Below, in pieces: positions 55,442-64,000 of a stretch of 64,000 bases of DNA (its first letter is position 1; each line of letters begins with the position of its first letter). The stretch lies in NCBI GenBank assembly GCA_965153285.1, contig OZ229112.1, one strand, 5' to 3'. This DNA is from Podarcis tiliguerta (Eukaryota). The translations under genes were made by a program, and so were the position numbers. The notes beneath the pieces are model-generated. The model was not told where the DNA came from and made no database searches. It was given only the letters and a program-made list of their open reading frames with translations.

Positions 55442-55760
55442 CCCGAGGGAGTTGTAGAATGGAGACCGCTAAGGCGCCATGGCAACGGAGCCCTCAGCGC
55501 CCAAAGCATCACGGGGGATGTAGTTCTGGAAGCGGCCGCGTCACGTGGCCTATCCGGCGTCCCCCTGTCGGGAGAGGCGCACCTCGGCGCTTGGGAGCGC
55601 GGCGTCCCAGGGTTCGTAGCGCCGTCTTCCCGTTCACGTGACGCCCGCCGAGGTGCGCTGTTTTGTTTTGCCGAGGGAACCCGCTGCCCTGTTCAGTTTG
55701 AGCGCTCGGAGCTTGGGCGCTTCGAAGCTGCGAGGTCCCTTAAGCAGCTAAATCGAGTTT
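55120..55760 (-). promoter_or_regulatory. CpG island / promoter of IRAK1BP1
   Basis: The only non-repeat CpG-dense stretch in the window. It has E-boxes CACGTG (55542-55547; TCACGTGAC 55634-55642), ZNF143-like motifs (55447-55457, 55515-55525), an RFX-like CCATGGCAAC (55477-55486) and an NRF1 palindrome GCGCATGCGC (55124-55133). Confidence 0.8.
55169..55441 (-). CDS. IRAK1BP1: IRAK1BP1 exon 1 (MPLPPLSPARVFAELVP...RQRGGIS)
   Basis: ORF 55154-55441; donor TCG|gtgggt is phase 0, matching exon 2. Confidence 0.88.
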
Positions 55761-56053
55761 TTTTAATTCTCTCTCTCTCTCTGCGTGAAGTGTCCCTAGA
55801 GAATAAGTTGGTAGTTTTCTCTCCAAGCAGCGTTAGCTCGATTCCAAGGAAAACAACACGGGAGAAAACTCACCTGCACATGCACCCTTTCACATCTTGA
55901 ACTTCTTTGGCGACGTTTTAGAAATGAAAATACCAAGCAAAAGCAAGGCATGTTTGCTTACTTACGTGCTGGAAAAGCCCGTCTAACTGTATGAGGCTTG
56001 TTACGCATAAGATTAAACCATCTCTGTATTTTCACATGGAGTGAACTGAAATA

Positions 56054-56275
56054 CAGTGGTACCTCGGGTTACATACGCTTCAGGTTACACACTCCGCTAA
56101 CCCAGAAATAGACCTCGGGTTAAGAACTTTGCTTCAGGATGAGAACAGAAATTGGGCTCCGGCGGCACAGCAGCAGCAGGAGGCCCCATTAGTTAAAGTG
56201 CTTCAGGTTAAGAACAGTTTCAGGTTAAGAACAGACCTCCAGAACGAATTAAGTACTTAACCCGAGGTACCACTG
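56054..56275. mobile_element. Tigger/pogo-type MITE
   Basis: Perfect 18-bp TIRs cagtggtacctcgggtta / taacccgaggtaccactg with TA TSD. Confidence 0.9.
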
Positions 56276-56287
56276 TAAAAACTGAGT

Positions 56288-56578
56288 GCAGCTCCGAGGA
56301 CCTTCTGGTGATTCCCTCCCTACGAGAAGTGAGGTTACAGGGATTCAGGCAGAGGTCCTTCTTGGTAGTGGTGCCTGCCCTGTGGAATGCCCTCCCATCA
56401 GATGTCAAGGAAATAAACAGCTATCTGACTTTTTAAAAGACATCTGAAGGCAGCCCTGTTTAGGGAAGTTTTTAATGTTTGATTTTTTTATCGTATTTTA
56501 AATATTCTGCTGGTAGCCGTCCAGAGTGCCTGGGGAAATCCAGCCAGATGGGCGGGGTATAAATCATCATCACCATCA
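56288..56578 (+). mobile_element. L2 LINE 3' end fragment
   Basis: Same family; ccctgtggaatgccctcccatcagatgtcaagg...gaaggcagccctgtttagggaag. Confidence 0.8.
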
Positions 56579-58930
56579 CTGGGTGTACATTTCTGTGATT
56601 CCATAACCCCTATCTTAAAGAACTGAATTAGGCTCTAGTCCTAACCCCACTTACCTGAGAGTGAACCCCACTGACTTCAAGAGGACTTCTACAAAGATGT
56701 GTTTAGGACTCTTCCGTTAGAATCTTTTTTTTTTTACACAATTTGAAAAAGCATATTTTCAAGTTGGTTTTACAAGCAGATCCTAAACGTAAGCATCGGC
56801 TCCAGCAGGAGGAAGAATGGATCTAAGATGCAATTATTAATAATAATAATAATAAATGAGCACAAGTGCAGTCTAATAAAGCTCTCCTTGCTAGTTAAAC
56901 CCACAGAAACCTGGTTTGCGCAGTTTCTCCTCAAATCAGTTTGTGGTGGAAGAGAGGGCCTCACTTCAGTCTTGCATTATGCATCAGTTGAATGTAGGAC
57001 CTGTAGGATGATTTTGTTGGGCATGTGCATTGGGAAGCTTTTACTAATGGAAAGTAATCTCTCCCATTTCTTCAACACCTCCATTCAGCTGGGCTGTCTG
57101 GTGATTTAGAAATACATATATACATCTCAATGAATGACCAGATTTTGCTGTTGAGGGCAAACACCTGACTCTGGTGATTCTAGTAGCAGATCCAGCAGTC
57201 ACTCATGCTACAGACAGACAAGGAGAATGCTTATCCAATGTGCAGTGCTCATTTGATTGCACTGTCATTTAGAGTGATCACTGAAGTGTGTTTAAGAAGA
57301 AGAGATTGTAGTTCATTTCAGAAAAATCAATACAAATCTGACCTGTGTTTTGCTTTGGGGATAAGAAAATGCCTGAGAATGCTTGCGACCAGCATATTAA
57401 AGAAAAAATGAGCTAGTTTGTGATTGTTTGGAAATAATAACAAGATTGCAATTGCAGAGATGCCCTGAATGTGAAGCTTTGTGACTTTGTTATACTGAGG
57501 ACCTGAGCTTTGTTGTGCTATCAGCTTTAATTACTATGAATCACCACAGCCAAATGGATTTTATTTTCACTTTATTCTTATCAAAAGACCTTTGGCTGAA
57601 AATTTGCTTCTCAGCATACTTACCAAAAAGGGTTGTTGCAGATAGAGGGAATAATTTGTGATTTTTACCACTGCACACATTAGATCCCAGGCTAAGGGCA
57701 TGTATTAGATTGCTATATAGTTTAGTAAATACAAATTCAAAGTATAAAAATCTTTTAAAAATATATCATTTAAAAAGTACCCAAAGGTTTCAGTGATTTA
57801 ATTTTTTTTATTTACGTTAGTGCACTAAAATAAATTATTTTATTGCGCATTGTTCAATAAATAATTTCTAAGTAAATCATTTTATTGTGCAATTTATTGT
57901 GCATTGTGTTCACAATATTATTGGGGTGGTTACACACAATCCGGCTTTCAGTACTGTTTGCACATGCAAAAGTTTCGAGATAAACATACTGCTTCATTCT
58001 AATAAGTGTGTGTCCTGTAGCTTCTTGCTAAAACTCATCCTCGTCCCCCCCCCCAAAAAAAATCCCAGGGTGTGTGTTTTGTCCCACTTTTTTGTGCTAT
58101 AGTGCATTGGAAGAGCATATCGGAACTAATGAAGTGGAATTAAGTGCTGGCAGTCCCAAATAAATCCACCACTAATGCACTATTATTGTATCAATAACAA
58201 CTTGTAGAATATACCTGGGGGGGAAATCACAGTCTGGATGAACCCTACATACCGATTGCATATGCTGAAACAGCAGTTAATATTGCATATGCAAGTTTAC
58301 TTATTTAGCCAGGCCAGTTAACTATGCTAGCAATTTCTTAACAAAAGCATTAAGTCAATTATTGAAGTCTGAAATGAATTTTATTATTTTAAAAGGTATT
58401 CCCCTCAAGAGCACTGATTTTATCAAATGCCATACCTGCTAACTTGTGAATTAGGAGCAAATAGAAACTTAGTCTTCTCTGGTCAACTAAACTTTTAAAT
58501 TTCTGTAAAAAGATCACAGCTTCCCTTATACAGTGAAAACGATTTCAGAAGTGGTATGATAGTCAGATATTGATGCACTTTATTTTGAATCTTGTGCATA
58601 ATGTGCTCCACAACTGTGATTGTATTGTGTCTATGTGCTTTGAATTTACTTTTGAGTCTGACTGTCCACAAAGGACAAAGTATACCTCTGGTGCTTGGAC
58701 TCCTCCCAGAAGAATAGAGAGGACAGAAGTTGGGCACTGTAAATTTGGAAGACGAGAATCTTCCAGTATCATATATATCTTCAACTCACCTTGTTTGAGA
58801 AGGTGGCTAGCGTCACTGCATGCAACAGGAAAGCTCTTGTATCTTTAATAGCTAAGGAGAAGAAACAGGCTATTGTGTCATATTGCCATACGTTTTGAGA
58901 AAAGATGCAGCTGCTGTAATTCTCTCTTAA

Positions 58931-59070
58931 ATTGTAGAATTGGAAGGGACCCCAAGGGTCATCTACTCCGATTGCCTGCAGTGCAGGAGTCCAGCCCACG
59001 TCCTTCCCTGGGTGGGCTCAAACCACCAACCTTCTGGCTAACAACCAGACACTGACCGTTTGTGCCACAG
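58931..59070 (-). mobile_element. Degenerate tRNA-derived SINE with CR1 3' tail
   Basis: On the - strand: tRNA-like head (ctgtggcacaaacggt...ggttggtggtttgagcccaccc) and tail ggtcccttccaattctacaat. Confidence 0.7.
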
Positions 59071-59601
59071 TACAGAAGACCTGTCCTGTCACTTATCTGG
59101 TCACCCTAAAAACAACTGACTAGGATGGGGAAATAAAGTTCATTATATGCAGTGGCAAGAAATCACATAAGGTGGCAGTAAGAGACTACGAAATATTCAG
59201 TCTTTCAGAGTGACATATTTCAGTAATTCATTATTCACTGAAAGCAACTAAGGGCAGAGCCAAACCAAACACTGAAAGCATATACAACACACATTTAAAG
59301 GACATGACTTCTCCCAAAGAATAATGGGAAGTGTACTTTCCCCCTCGGAGCTACAATTCCCAGCCCCATCAACAAACTAACGTTCCCAGGATCCTTTTAA
59401 ATGTTTTAAAGATTTTTTTCTTAACTTTTCTGCGTTAAGTGTGCATTCAGTAGTTTACCTCCTTTGTAATGTTTCATTTTGAAATCTTTAAGATAATATT
59501 TTAGTTTCCTTTAAAGTATGTCACTTTGAGGGTATACTTTATATCTGATTTTCTTCAGTAATGTTTTATTCTGGATTGCTGTATTCAATGTTTTAATGTG
59601 T

Positions 59602-59940
59602 TGGGTTAAACCACAGAGCCTAGGACTTGCTGATCGGAAGGTCGGCGGTTCTAATCCCCGTGACGGGGTGAGCTCCCGTTGCTTGGTCCCTGCTCCTGCC
59701 AACCTAGCAGTTCAAAAGCAAGTCAAAGTGCAAGTAGATAAATAGGTACCGCTCCGGCAGGAAGGTAAACGGCGTTTCCATGCGCTGCTCTGGTTCGCCA
59801 GAAGCGGCTTAGTCATGCTGGCCACATGACCCGGAAGCTGTACGCCGGCTCCCTCGGCCAATAAAGAGAGATGAGCTCTCTCAACCTCAGAGTCGGCCAC
59901 GACTGGACCTAATGGTCAGGGGTCCCTTTACCTTTACCTT
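59602..59940 (+). mobile_element. Sauria SINE (slightly 5'-truncated, different subfamily)
   Basis: Same core; tail cctttacctttacctt. Confidence 0.9.
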
Positions 59941-61096
59941 AAACTGCTTCGTGATTTTTTCCTCTAAAATATTAAGTGGTCTAGAAATGAAATGAATAAT
60001 AGCTCGTCTCCCCCAGACAAACCGCAAGCCCCCATTCAGATGTGATGCTAAGGCAGCAGCAAGATTGTGGGGAAAGTGCTATGGCCATGATTGGCAGTTT
60101 GAGAACCTGCTTGTTTGCACTAAGGCATGGTTTGGTTTAGTATGCTGTCCAGACATTATTTACCTGTAATTCAGCAAGATTGAAATGATGCGACCTGTTT
60201 GCTCAAATAGCTGAATATGACATACATTTACATACCTGATAACAGCACAGCAAGGAGGCAAATCAGTTATTTATATATGCAGACATTTTATTCTAGCATC
60301 TCGTGCAAAGTCACTAGAAACCACTTCAAGCTGATCTGATAGGGACAGAGCAGAACAAGCAATCGAGCAGGAGAGGTCTACATTGCTCCATAGAAAATCA
60401 CAATTTAATTGATTTCCAAGAGCTTATCTCATGCCGCTTTTTAACAAGACTGAACCTGCCACCTACCACGACAGGAAAAATTCTGTATGAAATATGTCAA
60501 AGAGAGATTGCAGTAAGAGGCCTCATAGTGATTTCTTTAAATCTCAGGGCATAGATGTCGCTTTCCCAGGATACGGATTCTTCCCAACAGGTGAAAATTA
60601 CAGCAAAGTATCCCTGAGTTCTGTGCAAACTACTTTTACACAGGGATATTGATCATGGCCATGTGAGAAAGGCTTATGCCTGTGTAAAAAATAAATCGCA
60701 ATATGAGAAAACTAAACTCAAGAGAGTGATATTTGAAAAAGTGTGACCATGGTAGTGTGTAAAATGGTCAGAGCCGCATTGCAGGCCAAAAACCCTAACA
60801 ATTCATTTCTGGAAAATGCTAGAGCTCCTAAATCAACACATTCTGGGTTAAAGCTTGAATGTGAAGAAATGTACATGTTTCAATGCATTTGTTTTACACA
60901 TTGGAGGGCACTGCAAACTGAATCTAGGTTCTGAGCTCTGTATGAGAATCAAGTCCATTGAGAGGGCCAATGCATGCATAAAAGCCAAAAGCCAAAGGGT
61001 ATATTTTTAGTATGCAGAGACTCAATAGATACGTTTTTTTAAAATGTTTGTGAGAGATAAACCCATTCTCTATTGTGCATAGATATGGAGTCTTTT

Positions 61097-63007
61097 CATA
61101 GAATCATAGAATCATAGAGTTGGAAGAGACCACAAGGGTCATCGAGTCCAACCCCCTGCCAAGCAGGAAACACCATCAGAGCACTCCTGACATATGGTTG
61201 TCAAGCCTCTGCTTAAAGACCTCCAAAGAAGGAGACTCCACCACACTCCTTGGCAGCAAATTCCACTGTCGAACAGCTCTTACTGTCAGGAAGTTCTTCC
61301 TAATGTTTAGGTGGAATCTTCTTTCTTGTAGTTTGTATCCATTGCTCCGTGTCCGCTTCTCTGGAGCAGCAGAAAAACAACCTTTCTCCCTCCTCTATGT
61401 GACATCCTTTTATATATTTGAACATGGCTATCATATCACCCCTTAACCTCCTCTTCTCCAGGCTAAACATGCCCAGCTCCCTTAGCCGATCCTCATAAGG
61501 CATTGTTTCCAGGCCTTTGACCATTTTGGTTGCCCTCCTCTGTACACGTTCTAGTTTGTCAGTGTCCTTCTTGAACTGTGGTGCCCAGAACTGGACACAG
61601 TACTCCAGGTGAGGTCTGACCAGAGCAGAATACAGTGGCACTATAACTTCCCTTGATCTAGATGCTATACTCCTATTGATGCAGCCCAGAATTGCATTGG
61701 CTTTTTTAGCTGCCGCGTCACACTGTTGGCTCATGTTAAGTTTGTGGTCAACCAAGACTCCTAGATCCTTTTCACATGTACTGCTCTCAAGCCAGGTGTC
61801 ACCCATCTTGTATTTGTGCCTCTCATTTTTTTTGCCCAAGTGCAATACTTTACATTTCTCCCTGTTAAAATTCATCTTGTTTGTTTTGGCCCAGTTCTCT
61901 AATCTGTCAAGGTCGTTTTGAAGTGTGATCCTGTCTTCTGGGGTGTTAGCCACCCCTCCCAGTTTGGTGTCATCTGCAAATTTGATCAGGATGCCCTTGA
62001 GTCCATCATCCAAGTCGTTGATAAAGATGTTGAATAAGACCGGGCCCAAGACAGAACCCTGTGGCACCCCACTAGTCACTCTTCTCCAGGATGAAGAGGA
62101 ACCATTGATGAGCACCCTTTGGGTCCGGTCAGTCAGCCAGTTACAAATCCACTGAGTGGTAGCATAGTCAAGACCGCATTTTACCAGCTTCTTTACAAGA
62201 ATATCATGGGGCACCTTGTCAAATGCCTTGCTGAAATCAAGGTAGACTACATCCACTGCGTTCCCTTCATCTACCAGGCTTGTAATTCTGTCAAAAAATG
62301 AGATCAGGTTAGTCTGACATGACTTATTTTTCAGAAATCCATGCTGACTATTGGTGATCACAGCATTCCTTTCTAGGTGCTCACAGACTGTTTGCTTAAT
62401 GATCTGCTCCAGAATCTTCCCTGGTATTGATGTTAGACTGACTGGGCGGTAATTATTTGGGTCCTCTCTTTTCCCCTTTTTGAAAATAGGGACAACATTT
62501 GCCCTCCTCCAGTCTGCCGGGACTTCGCCTGTTCTCCAGGAATTCTCAAAGATGACTGCCAGTGGTTCTGAGATCACATCTGCCAGTTCTTTTAATACTC
62601 TTGGATGCAGTTCATCTGGCCCTGGAGACTTGAATACATCTAAACTAGCCAAGTATTCTTGTACTATCTCCTTAGTTATTCTGGGCTGTATTTCCTCTGC
62701 TGAATCATTTCCTCCAAATTCTTCAGGTCGGGCATTGTTTTCTTTATCGGAGAAGACTGAGGCAAAGAAGGCATTGAGGAGTTCAGCCCTTTCTGTGTCC
62801 CCTGTTTGCATTTCACCATCTTCTCCTCTGAGTGACCCCACTGTTTCTTTGTTCTTCCTTTTGCTACGAACATACCCATAGAAGCCTTTTTTGTTGCTTT
62901 TAACCTCTCTAGCAAGCCTGAGTTCATTCTGTGCTTTAGCTTTTCTGACTTTGTGTCTACACGTGCTGGCTATTTGTTTGAATTCCTCTTTGGTGGTTTC
63001 CCCCCTT
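61097..63007 (-). mobile_element. CR1 LINE, 5'-truncated, young (ORF2 reverse transcriptase region plus 3' tail)
   Basis: ORF 61300-63027 has the CR1 RT motifs [44 protein letters not shown] and FADD (61969-61980). The 3' tail (ATTCTATG)n is at 61097-61117. Confidence 0.96.
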
Positions 63008-64000
63008 GCTATGTACAGAGCTACCAAGAAGGCAAGAGAACCTGGCTATCCATTCATATCCATAATAGCAACTGAAATGAAAACTTTTTAATTGAAGGTG
63101 ATGGTTCCATGCCCTGGTCTATTCCACGTGTATCTCTGGACATTGGGGCTTTATTCTCCTCCGCTGAGCCCTAAGGTGTCACCTCTGCTGCCAGATTGAA
63201 GGCCAGTCCACAGACTCCCTGAGGAGAGATCCAAGCTCTGAAAACCCTAATACCTCAAAGGAGTCAACAGTTGCAGAAGAAGGCACCAGAAATAGTTAGG
63301 AGGCAGTGAATGACTGGCTATGCCTTCTATGAAACTCAGCCAGTTGCTCCAGGATCTGAGACAATGGGATGTTTCACTTCAGCTTCAGGAGCACTGTCCA
63401 TGGTGCTAGAGGCACACCTTGATCTCTGTCCATGGTTCTGACTTTTGTCTTGCCCTGCCTTGCTGTCCTGCCTGTCTAAGGAACCAGAAAGTACTGACTG
63501 CTCCCCATTGACTCCCTTTGGTGAAGGCACATTGCTGGTGTGAAACTCCAGAGTAACTCATGGATAAAAACAATTGATTATTATATAAAAACCTGTGTAT
63601 GTCTATATCAATCACAGACATCCACATCTGCTTCTTTTACAGTAAGAAAAGGAACAAGGTTTTAAGCTGCCTTGGCTACGTTTAGACTGCCAGGGTGCGG
63701 AGAAATATAAGGCAAAGCATCAGACCAAAAACAGAGAACGGTCAGGGACAGTCTTCCGAATGAGTTATCATCATTGGCAAAGGAAATAATGGGATACCAG
63801 ACCATCACAAATTTATTAGTAAATATTTAGAACATGATCCAAACAAAGTTAAGCACTTAGGTTTAATTTTATTTTGGCTGTGCTCATTTAACTTTGATTT
63901 TCTTAGCTTTTCCTTCTTTTCTCCTGAGTTCAGGAGAGCCTTTGGCCTTCCAGAGGTTGCTGAACTACAACTCCTACCATCCCTAGTCATGGGTCAGGCT

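Noticed and set aside
61300-63027. 575-aa ORF as a host gene or a novel reverse transcriptase system
   Set aside because: It is a standard CR1 ORF2 fragment with the CR1 3' tail. The start is from flanking DNA and the C-terminus is frameshifted.
61676-63091. Plus-strand ORFs overlapping the CR1
   Set aside because: They are antisense shadows of the RT reading frame.
63030-63560. Possible LTR-element fragment beside the CR1
   Set aside because: No TG...CA pair, primer-binding site or coding motif could be established from the sequence.

Overview
Eukaryotic genomic DNA from a squamate reptile, probably a lacertid lizard (inferred from Sauria SINEs, tRNA-head/CR1-tail SINEs and RTE-BovB/L2/CR1 LINE relics). 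The + strand carries 36 coding exons of PHIP (DCAF14/BRWD2: WD40 repeats, cryptic Tudor, two bromodomains). They splice into one open frame of 5262 nt (1753 aa + stop at 44161-44163). The N-terminal exons lie upstream of the window, and a candidate 3' UTR of about 5.5 kb follows the stop. IRAK1BP1 (SIMPL domain, 4 exons, 250 aa) lies convergently on the - strand, with a CpG-island promoter at about 55.1-55.8 kb. The rest is introns and intergenic DNA with SINEs, MITEs and a young 5'-truncated CR1 LINE. The most striking unexplained structure is a ~400-nt near-perfect inverted repeat (arms ~180 nt, 52-bp perfect core) in the putative PHIP 3' UTR. Other observations: candidate poison exons in one PHIP intron, an intronic partial copy of a PHIP exon, a GC-AG intron and a strong-Kozak 3-codon uORF in IRAK1BP1, and a SINE nested in the tail of its partner LINE family. 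No CRISPR array or prokaryotic system is present. Gene and repeat-family names come from recognition, not database searches.
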